45,913 bases of DNA, from IMG/VR virus record IMGVR_UViG_3300044806_000023, positions 1 to 45,913 of that record; one strand, written 5' to 3'. Source of the stretch: a virus. Lineage: Duplodnaviria > Caudoviricetes. Shown here in pieces: positions 1 through 8,770 of the stretch (its first letter is position 1; each line of letters starts with the position of its first letter). The notes under the pieces are model-generated. The model did no database searches and was not told the DNA's origin. It saw only the letters and a list, made by a program, of their open reading frames with translations. Made by a program: the position numbers and the translations under genes.

Positions 1-1127
1 ATGGTGTCGTGCCGCCGATGAAGAAGAGCCCTGCAACAGGAAAGGAAACCTATGCCTTCGCAAAGACAGACGAGGCGTTCAAAGAACTTCTCGAACATCC
101 GAATCCGTCCGTACAAGCACTCGTCGCCGCCCGACTGGGTACGAAGTCTACGATTGAGGAGTCGAGAACTGAACGTTTTATTGGGATTGCTCAGCGAGGT
201 GCCATGCCAGTTCCCCTCCGTTATTACGCCGCTCACACTGGGCGATGGGGGGGCGATGACAAACTTAATCTTCAGAACCTGCCAAGGGGGTCGGCGCTGA
301 AGAAATCCATCCTCGCACCTGCGGGGTATCTGATGATCGACTCTGACTCATCACAAATTGAAGCGCGTACGTTAGCATGGCTAGCTGGGCAAGACGACTT
401 AGTGGAGGCATTTGATCGTGGCGAGGACGTTTACAAAATCATGGCATCTGCTATCTACGGCAAGGCGGTCGAAGAGATTACGAAGGATGAGCGCTTTGTG
501 GGTAAGACAACCATCCTCGGTGCTGGGTACGGCATGGGCGCGGCGAAGTTCCAAGCACAACTTAAAAACTTTGGTGTATCTGTTGAACTCGAAGAGGCCA
601 AGCGCATCATCGACACCTATCGTGCGACCTACCCTCGAATCACTGCACTTTGGAAATCCGCTGGTGTGGCACTTGAAGCAATTCTCAGAGGCCAGCTAAC
701 CACGTTAGGCCGTGGCGGTATCTTGAAGATTGAAGGTAAGGACGGCATCCGCTTGCCCAACGGCTTGTACCTGCGTTACCCCAACCTGCGTCAAAAGGCC
801 GACGAGGAAACAGGCAAGGTCGAGATTGTGTATGACACCAAGAAGGGCCGAGCCGTTATCCCCAACCGCATCTACGGCGGGAAGGTAATCGAGAACGTAT
901 GCCAAGCCCTAGCGCGTATCATCATCGGCGACCAAATGCTGATGATTGCCAAGAAGTATCACGTTGTGATGACTGTGCATGACGCGGTGGCTTGTATCGT
1001 CAAGACCGAGGAAGTTAAGACTGCGCAGGAATACGTTGAGTTGTGTATGCGCATCCGACCCAAGTGGGGCATGGAGTTGCCCTTGAATTGCGAAAGCGGA
1101 TATGGAGAGAGTTATGGCGACTGCTAA
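1..1127 (+). CDS. Family A DNA polymerase, C-terminal polymerase domain (5' truncated)
   Basis: HTGRW..NLQNLP; motif A DSSQIEAR; motif B RFVGKTTILGAGYG; motif C VHDA; the frame is open from the window edge. Confidence 0.95.
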   Translation, partial: GVVPPMKKSPATGKETYAFAKTDEAFKELLEHPNPSVQALVAARLGTKSTIEESRTERFIGIAQRGAMPVPLRYYAAHTGRWGGDDKLNLQNLPRGSALKKSILAPAGYLMIDSDSSQIEARTLAWLAGQDDLVEAFDRGEDVYKIMASAIYGKAVEEITKDERFVGKTTILGAGYGMGAAKFQAQLKNFGVSVELEEAKRIIDTYRATYPRITALWKSAGVALEAILRGQLTTLGRGGILKIEGKDGIRLPNGLYLRYPNLRQKADEETGKVEIVYDTKKGRAVIPNRIYGGKVIENVCQALARIIIGDQMLMIAKKYHVVMTVHDAVACIVKTEEVKTAQEYVELCMRIRPKWGMELPLNCESGYGESYGDC

Positions 1128-1785
1128 CATCAAATGGTCTTTCAGTAGCCTGAAGACATTTCAACAATGCCCGAAGAAGTACTACCACACCAAGGTAGCC
1201 AAGGATGTGAAAGAGCCCGACACCACGGCAACGCTGTACGGTAAGTCGGCTCACACTGTGGCTGAGGAGTACATCCGAGACGGCGTGGACATTCCACCGG
1301 CCTTTGAATATCTTAGAGATACGCTAGACGCTCTAGCATCTATCCCCGGGATTAAATTATGTGAAGAACAGCTTGGCCTGACCAAAGACCTAGAGCCATG
1401 CGCGTTTGACGCACCCGAGGCGTGGTGGCGTGGCATTGCCGACTTGGTCATCTTGGACGAGGAGAAAGAGCTGGCGTGGTCGGTTGACTACAAAACCAGT
1501 AAGAGCGCCCGTTATGCCGACGTGAAACAGTTGGACTTGGTGGCCACGGCCATCTTCAAGAAGTACCCCAATATCAAGCGCATCAAGTCAGCACTGCTGT
1601 TCGTGGTGAGCAAAGAGTTCGTCAAGGCTACGCACCATGCTGAGATGGTGGCCAAGTACATGGAGAAACCCACCCAAGACGTTGCGCGAATCGAGGCGGC
1701 GTTAGAGAACGGTGTGTGGAACCCAGTGACCGGCCCCTTATGCAGATTTTGTGCAGTGAAACAGTGTGAACATAACAGGAGTTAA
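1114..1785 (+). CDS. PD-(D/E)XK exonuclease, Cas4/AddB-like with four-Cys staple
   Basis: N-terminal WSFSSL..QCPKKY, central GIADLV..VDYKT, C-terminal CRFC...C; start taken at ATG 1114. Confidence 0.85.
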   Translation: MATANIKWSFSSLKTFQQCPKKYYHTKVAKDVKEPDTTATLYGKSAHTVAEEYIRDGVDIPPAFEYLRDTLDALASIPGIKLCEEQLGLTKDLEPCAFDAPEAWWRGIADLVILDEEKELAWSVDYKTSKSARYADVKQLDLVATAIFKKYPNIKRIKSALLFVVSKEFVKATHHAEMVAKYMEKPTQDVARIEAALENGVWNPVTGPLCRFCAVKQCEHNRS

Positions 1786-1994
1786 TGATGGATGAAGTTA
1801 CAAGTGACGACCAAGCTGCGGCGTATATGAAGTTGCAACTAGATGTGAGGCAGTTGATCGTGGACACGATCTACGAAGAGCTTATGAACTACGGAAGCCC
1901 CCTGCACACGCAAATTGCGGTGCCACTTTTGACTGGGTACGCTTTCAAAGAAAACGTAAAGATGGTTATTCAAAACCAATGGAACAAACAATGA
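1785..1994 (+). CDS. Hypothetical protein (69 aa)
   Basis: AGGAG SD; start overlaps the upstream stop (TAATG). Confidence 0.7.
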   Translation: MMDEVTSDDQAAAYMKLQLDVRQLIVDTIYEELMNYGSPLHTQIAVPLLTGYAFKENVKMVIQNQWNKQ

Positions 1995-2317
1995 GCGAAA
2001 TGACAAACCAAGAGACCGACACAGCCCTGATTCTTGAGAACGAGCTGAAGCGCCGCGTGAAAGAAGTAGCCGTACGCATCGTGCAAGACATTGTGCGTGA
2101 AGAGATGCGGGAGCAGTTTGCAAAGCAGAAAGAAGCCATGCTGATGGAGATCAGCGTCACGATTGGCAAACACCTGCGTTTGATCGAAAATGAGGGGCGC
2201 AAGCCGCTTTGGGAAGCAACCCCCGAGGAGTTTGGCTTGACGCGAGAATCTATTGACAGCCACCACATCATAGGAAAAGAACTCGATGCCGTACGTGAAC
2301 AAACCCCGTCCCTATAA
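1991..2317 (+). CDS. Hypothetical coiled-coil protein
   Basis: ATGA overlap with the upstream ORF; charged helical composition. Confidence 0.7.
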   Translation: MSEMTNQETDTALILENELKRRVKEVAVRIVQDIVREEMREQFAKQKEAMLMEISVTIGKHLRLIENEGRKPLWEATPEEFGLTRESIDSHHIIGKELDAVREQTPSL

Positions 2318-2567
2318 AAAAGAATACGAACAACAAGTTGCCCGAGGCGAACTGCCAGCCCGTATGGAGCGCCAACGTGCCCGTAACGAGATGGACAAAA
2401 AAGGTATCGACCGCACAGGCAAGGACATTGACCACGTCAAACCCCTGAGCAAAGGCGGCACTAATGCACCAAGCAACTTGAAACTGAAAACCCCTAGCGC
2501 CAATCGTTCGTTCAGCCGCAATGCTGACCACACGGTAAAGGTGAACAAACCCAAGAAGAAAAAATGA
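2286..2567 (+). CDS. Small HNH endonuclease-like protein
   Basis: GKDIDHVKPLSKGGTNAPSNL...ANRS motif. Confidence 0.85.
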   Translation: MPYVNKPRPYKKEYEQQVARGELPARMERQRARNEMDKKGIDRTGKDIDHVKPLSKGGTNAPSNLKLKTPSANRSFSRNADHTVKVNKPKKKK

Positions 2568-3961
2568 GCCTAGAGAAATACGAGTGGCCGCGCCCAGTTG
2601 GGTTCGAGCCATTCAACCACCAAAAAGAAACAGCGCAATTCCTGACTACCAACCGCAAGGCGTTCTGCTTCAACGAGCAGGGTACAGGTAAGACAGCGTC
2701 GGTGATTTGGGCGGTGGACTATTTGATGCAGCGAAAGATAGTGAAGAGAGTGTTAGTGATTTGCCCTCTGTCGATTATGAAGTCGGCATGGCAACAGGAC
2801 TTGTTCAAGTTCGCTATTCATCGTACGGTAGCAGTAGCCCACGGCAGTGCGCACAAGCGCAAGGAAATCATCAACGCTGGAGCCGAGTTCGTCATCATCA
2901 ACTTTGATGGTGTCGAGATTGTGAAGAACGAAGTCATCAACGGGGGGTTCGACCTCATCGTTGTTGACGAGGCATCTGCGTATAAGAACGCACAGACAAC
3001 CCGCTGGAAAACTCTGCGTGACATTAACAAAACCGTCAAAGGCTTGTGGATGTTGACAGGTACGCCAGCGGCGCAGTCCCCACTGGATGCGTATGGCTTG
3101 GCCAAGCTGATTAACCCAACGGGTGTGCCGATGTTCCACGGCCAGTACAAGGACATGGTTATGACACAGCTAACCAAGTTCAAGTGGATTCCCAAGCCGA
3201 CTGCCAAGCACACGGTGCACAGCATCCTGCAACCAGCTATTCGTTTCGTGAAGAAGGACTGCATCGACTTGCCACCCCTGACGTTCATCGACCGAGATGC
3301 GCCATTGACTCCGCAGCAAGCGAAGTACTACGGTATTCTCAAGAAGGAGATGTTGTTGGAGGCAGCGGGCGAAGAGGTTTCCGCAGTGAACGCCGCAACG
3401 AAGATGAGCAAGCTGCTTCAGATTTCATGTGGCTCGGTCTACACCGACACTGGCGAGGTGCTTGAGTTCGACGTGTCCAACCGCATGAACGTGGTGCAGG
3501 AAGTCATCGACGAGTGCAGTAACAAGGTGCTGGTGTTCGTGCCCTTCACCCACACGATTGAGATGCTCCAAAAGCATTTGCAGAAAAACAACATCTCGTG
3601 TGACGTGATTAACGGCGCAGTGCCAGTGAACCGTCGAAGCCAAATTGTTACGGACTTTCAGACTCAGCCGACTACGAAGGTTCTCATCATCCAACCACAA
3701 GCGGCGTCACACGGGCTTACACTTACTGCCGCCGACACAATCATTTGGTACGCTCCCTGTACCAGCGTGGAGACTTATCTTCAGGCCAACGCACGTATTG
3801 ACCGCCCCGGTCAAGTCAACCCAATGACTATCGTGCACATCTGCGGGAGCCAAACCGAACGCCGCGTTTACGCGATGCTTCGGGGGAACGTATCCAACCA
3901 CCAACAAATCATTGATTTGTACCGACAAGAAATTTCTTCAGATACTGTTGACAATGTCTAA
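2564..3961 (+). CDS. SNF2-family (SF2) helicase
   Basis: EQGTGKT, VVDEA, LTGTP, HGLTLT, QANARIDRPGQ motifs. Confidence 0.95.
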   Translation: MSLEKYEWPRPVGFEPFNHQKETAQFLTTNRKAFCFNEQGTGKTASVIWAVDYLMQRKIVKRVLVICPLSIMKSAWQQDLFKFAIHRTVAVAHGSAHKRKEIINAGAEFVIINFDGVEIVKNEVINGGFDLIVVDEASAYKNAQTTRWKTLRDINKTVKGLWMLTGTPAAQSPLDAYGLAKLINPTGVPMFHGQYKDMVMTQLTKFKWIPKPTAKHTVHSILQPAIRFVKKDCIDLPPLTFIDRDAPLTPQQAKYYGILKKEMLLEAAGEEVSAVNAATKMSKLLQISCGSVYTDTGEVLEFDVSNRMNVVQEVIDECSNKVLVFVPFTHTIEMLQKHLQKNNISCDVINGAVPVNRRSQIVTDFQTQPTTKVLIIQPQAASHGLTLTAADTIIWYAPCTSVETYLQANARIDRPGQVNPMTIVHICGSQTERRVYAMLRGNVSNHQQIIDLYRQEISSDTVDNV

Positions 3962-3975
3962 AGTTATGATATAGT
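3948..3975 (+). promoter_or_regulatory. Sigma70-type promoter with extended -10; -35 lies inside a GACA-N-TGTC palindrome
   Basis: TTGACA 3948-3953, 16-nt spacer ending TGA, TATAGT 3970-3975. Confidence 0.75.
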
Positions 3976-4060
3976 CGGTTTCGTGTGGGGTGAGTCACCC
4001 TTCACCAAGGTTGACGACCTTGGCCCCGCACACCTTTTTAACCAACCAAAGGAGTGTTAG

Positions 4061-4480
4061 ATGAGTGAAGAAAATGAAGTGGCCGAGCGGCCAGACCTAG
4101 ATAAGCTAACCGCTATCTACTTGAAGATTCGAGATACCCGTGCCGAGAACAAACGTGAGTTTGAGAACGTGGACAAAGACCTCGAAGAGCAACAGAAGAT
4201 GCTGGCCGAGCAGATGCTCGACTCATGCAAAGAACTTGGTGCTGACAGCATCAAGACCCCACACGGAACCATCATTCGTTCGGTCAAGTCAAAGTACTGG
4301 ACTGGCGACTGGGATTCCATGTACACCTTCATCAAGGAGCACAGTGCTTTCGGTTTGCTTGAGAAGCGACTGCACCAAACCAACATGAAGGATTTTCTCA
4401 ACGAGAACCCTGACGTTATGCCGATGGGCTTGAATGTTGAGAATGAATACACAATCGTCGTACGACGCGCAAAGAACTAA
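4061..4480 (+). CDS. Conserved phage replication-module protein (N-terminal coiled coil)
   Basis: AAGGAG SD; SIKTPHGT..DWDSMYTFI..LLEKR pattern typical of genes upstream of SSB in such phages. Confidence 0.8.
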   Translation: MSEENEVAERPDLDKLTAIYLKIRDTRAENKREFENVDKDLEEQQKMLAEQMLDSCKELGADSIKTPHGTIIRSVKSKYWTGDWDSMYTFIKEHSAFGLLEKRLHQTNMKDFLNENPDVMPMGLNVENEYTIVVRRAKN

Positions 4481-4489
4481 TCGGAGTAA

Positions 4490-5389
4490 ATGAAAATGAG
4501 TAACATCGCACTTTTGAACCAAGACTTGCCTGACTTCCTGCAAACCGCTGGCGTCAGTGACCTCACCAAACAACTCGCTGGCAAGACTGGCGTCAAGCGC
4601 ATCGTGCCTAAGAACGGTATCTTCCGTAAGATGGTCGGCGGCGAAGAGATGGGCAAGGTCAAGGGCAACCTCGAAGTTGTCATCGTGAACGCTTCCCCCA
4701 AAGTCGGTCGTATCTTCTACGCGAAGGCATGGACACCTGATGCCGACCCAAGCGCACCTGACTGCTTCTCTAACGACGGCAATGCACCTGATGCTGGTTC
4801 TACCGCACCTCAAGCTAGCCGTTGCGACACCTGCGCTCAGAACATCAAAGGTTCGGGTCAAGGTACATCGAAGGCTTGCCGCTACTCACGCCGCATCGCT
4901 GTGAACTTGGTGGAAGATTTTGGTACTTCTTTGGAAGGCGAAGTCTACCAACTGAACTTGGCATCGAAGTCTCTCTTCGGCGACGGCAACGGTGACAACT
5001 CACACACGTTCGAGAACTACACCAAGTACTTGGCCAACAACGGCAAGAGCTTGGACTACGTGGTAACTGAACTCAGCTTCAACGAGAACAACGACAACCA
5101 ATCTATCCTGTTCACACCTGCGCGTTTCATCAACAAGCAAGAGTACGCAGTGACGAGCGAAGTGGCTAAGAAGCCCGAAGTTCAAAAGATGGTGACGATG
5201 ACTCCTTACCAAGCTGACGTGTCGGGCCGTGCCCCTGCATTGGCTGCACCTGCTCCGAAAGCCGCCGCACCTGTGGCCGAGGATGTTGCCGAGCCAGTCA
5301 AACGCGAAAGCGCCAAAGCTGCCGCCCCTGCTCCAACCGCCAAAAAGGGTTTGGACGACGTGGTCAAAGCTTGGTCTGACGAGGAGTAA
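4490..5389 (+). CDS. Probable ssDNA-binding/annealing protein
   Basis: Cys cluster (PDC..CDTC..C), Ala/Pro-rich linker, acidic C-terminal tail (WSDEE), position in the replication module. Confidence 0.6.
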   Translation: MKMSNIALLNQDLPDFLQTAGVSDLTKQLAGKTGVKRIVPKNGIFRKMVGGEEMGKVKGNLEVVIVNASPKVGRIFYAKAWTPDADPSAPDCFSNDGNAPDAGSTAPQASRCDTCAQNIKGSGQGTSKACRYSRRIAVNLVEDFGTSLEGEVYQLNLASKSLFGDGNGDNSHTFENYTKYLANNGKSLDYVVTELSFNENNDNQSILFTPARFINKQEYAVTSEVAKKPEVQKMVTMTPYQADVSGRAPALAAPAPKAAAPVAEDVAEPVKRESAKAAAPAPTAKKGLDDVVKAWSDEE

Positions 5390-5392
5390 GCA

Positions 5393-5632
5393 ATGAGCTA
5401 CGGATATAGCTACCAACTGGTCGAAGCCAACAAAAAGGCCGATGACAAGTCATGGGGCGTCGTCCTTGGCCGCACTTGCATCCAACTCAACATTCCTGTG
5501 AGTGAGATAGCTGGTCGTCTTGATGTGAGTCGAGCGACCATCTACAACTGGTTTTGGGGGACTTCAACCCCAACCCGACACCACTGCGAACAGATTGAGC
5601 GTTTGCTCCCGCGCCTCAAGGCAAAAAAATAA
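5393..5632 (+). CDS. XRE/Cro-like HTH DNA-binding protein
   Basis: VSEIAGRLDVSRATIYNWFWG helix-turn-helix; GAGGAG SD. Confidence 0.85.
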   Translation: MSYGYSYQLVEANKKADDKSWGVVLGRTCIQLNIPVSEIAGRLDVSRATIYNWFWGTSTPTRHHCEQIERLLPRLKAKK

Positions 5633-5646
5633 ATCCGTGCACTGAC

Positions 5647-5662
5647 GGGGGCTTCGGCCCCC
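5647..5662 (+). terminator. GC hairpin with cUUCGg loop (weak terminator or processing hairpin)
   Basis: GGGGGC-TTCG-GCCCCC with a poor U-tract; same hairpin on the - strand at 35164-35179. Confidence 0.5.
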
Positions 5663-5691
5663 AGCTTTGCCGTCCCTAAAAGAAAATCAAT

Positions 5692-8544
5692 ATGTCTAAC
5701 TTCGACCTTCTCGACACCATACTGCCAACCCAAGGCCGGTATTGTGTGCTCGGGCTTGGACGGTACCCAGACCAAAAGTTTTTCGATACGAGAGAAGAAG
5801 TAGAGGCACAGGCTCAGACGTTGGTGGACAACAAGTTTGATGTGTATTTCGGATGCGCCAAATACGGCCCACTGAACAAGCGCACAGCAGACAACGCCAC
5901 GTACTTCCGCGCACTGTGGATGGATATTGACTGCGGCCCAACAAAGGGTGTGCCTAACGACAAGGGCATCATTCAAGGGTACCTCACGCAGCAAATCGGC
6001 TTGGATGAACTGAAGAAGTTCTGCATCGCCGCAGGTATGCCCCGCCCAATTATGGTCAGCTCAGGTTATGGCGTTCACGCCTACTGGTTGATTGAAGAAA
6101 CAGTTGAGCGCCGCGACTGGCTCCCCCTCGCAAACCGTCTACGTGAACTGTGCGTCGAGCATGGTCTCATTGTGGATTCTTCCGTATTCGAAGCAGCACG
6201 GGTACTGCGCATCCCCGGCACATTTAACTTCAAGCAAGCCGAACCGATGGAAGTCACGGTGCTCAATGAGCGCACACAGACCCTGACGTACGACCAATGG
6301 AAAGAGCTGCTCGGCGCTGCCGACCCAGTTGACGACAAGCCTGATTTCTTACCGTCCATCAGCCCAATGATGGAAGCCTTGATGGGTAACAAGGTGAAGC
6401 GGTTCAAGAACATCATGATGAAGGCAGAGAACGGCTGTGCTCAGCTGAACTACTGCTACCAAAACCAAGACACTATCGAGGAACCCCTGTGGCGCTCCGC
6501 TCTGTCAATCACTGCGTTCTGCGTGGACAAAGACAAAGCATCCCACATGATGTCCAGTCAGTATCCAGCCTACAACCCTTCCGAGGTAGATAAGAAGGTA
6601 GCCGAGTTGGTAGCTAACGGTGGCCCTCACCACTGCCTGACTTTTGAGAAGATCAACCCGACTGGCTGCGCAGGATGCCCACACAAGGGCAAGATCAAAT
6701 CCCCAATCGTGCTCGGCATGGAGATTGCCCAAGCTGAAGTCGAAGACGGTGAATACGTAGTCGAACAGCAACCGACAGAGGAAGAAGGAGAAGCCACAAG
6801 CTACCGTATTCCTGAGTATCCGTTTCCTTTCTTCCGTGGCAAAGAAGGCGGCATCTGGCGCAAGGGTGAGACCGACGAAGACGAATCCGTGCTGGTGTAC
6901 GAGCATGACCTGTACGTGGTCAAGCGGATGAAAGACCCTGAGATGGGTGAAGTAGCCCTGTTCCGACTGCACTTGCCCCATGACGGCGTGAAAGAGTTTT
7001 CGGTTCCCGCTACGGCAATTTCCGCGAAGGATGAGCTACGCAAACAACTGTCGCACCACGGTGTGATGGCAACACAAAAACAACATGAGCTGCTGGCGAT
7101 CTTCGTCGTGGCTTTCATGAAGAACTTACAGTATGTGAGGAAGGCAGAAGTTATGAGAACACAATTTGGTTGGGTGGACAATGACAGCAAGTTCATTGTC
7201 GGCGACCGCGAGATTACAAAGGACGGGGTGTTTTACAGCCCACCGTCAGCCATTACCCGTTCGTTTGCCGAGAAGATGGTGCCGACTGGTACGTTCGAGA
7301 AGTGGAAAGAGGTGTTCAATATGTACGCCCGTCCCGGCCTTGAGCCCCATGCGTTTGCCGCACTCACAGCCTTCGGTTCGCCCCTGTTGAAGTTCACGGG
7401 CTTGAGTGGCGCAATCATCAACGTCATCCACAAGTCGTCAGGCTCAGGCAAGTCGACAGCGTTGTTTATGTGCAACAGTGTGTGGGGCCACCCCAAAGAG
7501 TTGTCGTCTATGTGGAAGGACACGCTCAATGCCAAGATGATGCGTCTCGGTGTGCACAACAACCTGCCCAACACGATCGACGAGATTACGAACACCAGCC
7601 CAATGGAGTTCTCTGACTTGGCTTACAGCATCTCTCAAGGCCGAGGCAAAGACCGCGCTAAGTCGCAAACCAACGAGCTCCGTGCCAACCACACCAAGTG
7701 GAACAACATGACCTTGGCATCGTCCAACGCCAGCTTCTACGAGAAACTTGGCGCGGCAAAGAACTCACCCGACGGCGAATCCATGCGTCTGCTTGAGTAC
7801 AAGATTGAGCCGACAACCATCATCAGCGTGGAAGAAGGCAAGCAGATGTTCGACCATCAGATGCTTGAGAACTACGGCCATGCCGGTGACATTTACGCTC
7901 AGTGGTTGGTCAACAACTTGGAAGAGGCCACCAACTTAGTTCGCAGCATCCAAGCTCGTATCGACAAGGAAGTGAAATTCACAGCACGGGAACGCTTCTG
8001 GTCAGCCGCCGCCGCGATCAACATTGCTGGTGGTTTGATTGCCCAAGACCTTGGCTTGCACGACTACGACATGAAGGCTATCTACAAGTGGCTGCTCGGT
8101 ATGCTTGCCAATATGCGCGAAGAAGTAACACCCCCTGCATCGGACCCAACCATCATGCTCGGCGACTTCATGAACTCCCACGTACAAAATATGCTGGTGG
8201 TGAATGGTGCGATCGACGCACGGACAAAGATGGGTGCTATGCCGACAGCCGAGCCACGGGGCGAGTTGCTTCTGCGCTTTGAGCCTGACACGGGCGACCT
8301 ATTCATTGCGGCCAAAGCGTTCAAAGACTACTGCGTGAAGTACCAAATCCACTACCGCGATGCACTCAAGCAGCTCAAGGATGACGGTGTGTTCCTCGAC
8401 ACGATCAACAAGCGTATGTCGAAGGGCATGAAAATGGATTCCCCAGCCGTACGCGCATTGCACTTCAACACCAAGAGCTTTGATAACCTCGTGCCACTGG
8501 ACGCGCTGACAAATGAAGATCGAGATGGTAACGTATCGGATTGA
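5692..8544 (+). CDS. Primase-helicase: RepB/AEP-like primase fused to a DUF927-type P-loop helicase
   Basis: LWMDID, SSGYGVHAYW, RVLRIPGT primase motifs; Cys-rich middle; FGW; SSGSGKST Walker A; TIDE Walker B. Confidence 0.9.
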   Translation: MSNFDLLDTILPTQGRYCVLGLGRYPDQKFFDTREEVEAQAQTLVDNKFDVYFGCAKYGPLNKRTADNATYFRALWMDIDCGPTKGVPNDKGIIQGYLTQQIGLDELKKFCIAAGMPRPIMVSSGYGVHAYWLIEETVERRDWLPLANRLRELCVEHGLIVDSSVFEAARVLRIPGTFNFKQAEPMEVTVLNERTQTLTYDQWKELLGAADPVDDKPDFLPSISPMMEALMGNKVKRFKNIMMKAENGCAQLNYCYQNQDTIEEPLWRSALSITAFCVDKDKASHMMSSQYPAYNPSEVDKKVAELVANGGPHHCLTFEKINPTGCAGCPHKGKIKSPIVLGMEIAQAEVEDGEYVVEQQPTEEEGEATSYRIPEYPFPFFRGKEGGIWRKGETDEDESVLVYEHDLYVVKRMKDPEMGEVALFRLHLPHDGVKEFSVPATAISAKDELRKQLSHHGVMATQKQHELLAIFVVAFMKNLQYVRKAEVMRTQFGWVDNDSKFIVGDREITKDGVFYSPPSAITRSFAEKMVPTGTFEKWKEVFNMYARPGLEPHAFAALTAFGSPLLKFTGLSGAIINVIHKSSGSGKSTALFMCNSVWGHPKELSSMWKDTLNAKMMRLGVHNNLPNTIDEITNTSPMEFSDLAYSISQGRGKDRAKSQTNELRANHTKWNNMTLASSNASFYEKLGAAKNSPDGESMRLLEYKIEPTTIISVEEGKQMFDHQMLENYGHAGDIYAQWLVNNLEEATNLVRSIQARIDKEVKFTARERFWSAAAAINIAGGLIAQDLGLHDYDMKAIYKWLLGMLANMREEVTPPASDPTIMLGDFMNSHVQNMLVVNGAIDARTKMGAMPTAEPRGELLLRFEPDTGDLFIAAKAFKDYCVKYQIHYRDALKQLKDDGVFLDTINKRMSKGMKMDSPAVRALHFNTKSFDNLVPLDALTNEDRDGNVSD

Positions 8545-8707
8545 TTGGAAGAAATTCCGTGTGGGGCACAGCTTCTTTGTGCCCTGCATCGACCACAAGG
8601 AAGCTAGGAAGACCCTAGCCACCATCACGCGCCGACTGAAAATCCCTATTGTTACGAAAGTAACCATAGAAGAAGGAATCAAAGGATTGCGCGTCTGGCG
8701 AACCTGA
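8513..8707 (+). CDS. Small basic hypothetical protein
   Basis: W..F.VG.SFFVPC...GLRVWR pattern; followed by a terminator. Confidence 0.75.
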   Translation: MKIEMVTYRIDWKKFRVGHSFFVPCIDHKEARKTLATITRRLKIPIVTKVTIEEGIKGLRVWRT

Positions 8708-8744
8708 CGTAGACTAACAACCGTTAGTTGCTATCTCCTCTGTT

Positions 8745-8770
8745 AGCCCCGCCTAGTGCGGGGCTTTTTT
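8745..8770 (+). terminator. Rho-independent terminator at the convergence of replication and virion modules
   Basis: AGCCCCGC-CTAGT-GCGGGGCT followed by a T-run. Confidence 0.85.

Noticed and set aside
2286-2567. HNH as an intron-encoded homing endonuclease
   Set aside because: No interrupted gene or intron structure nearby; it is a free-standing ORF coupled to the helicase
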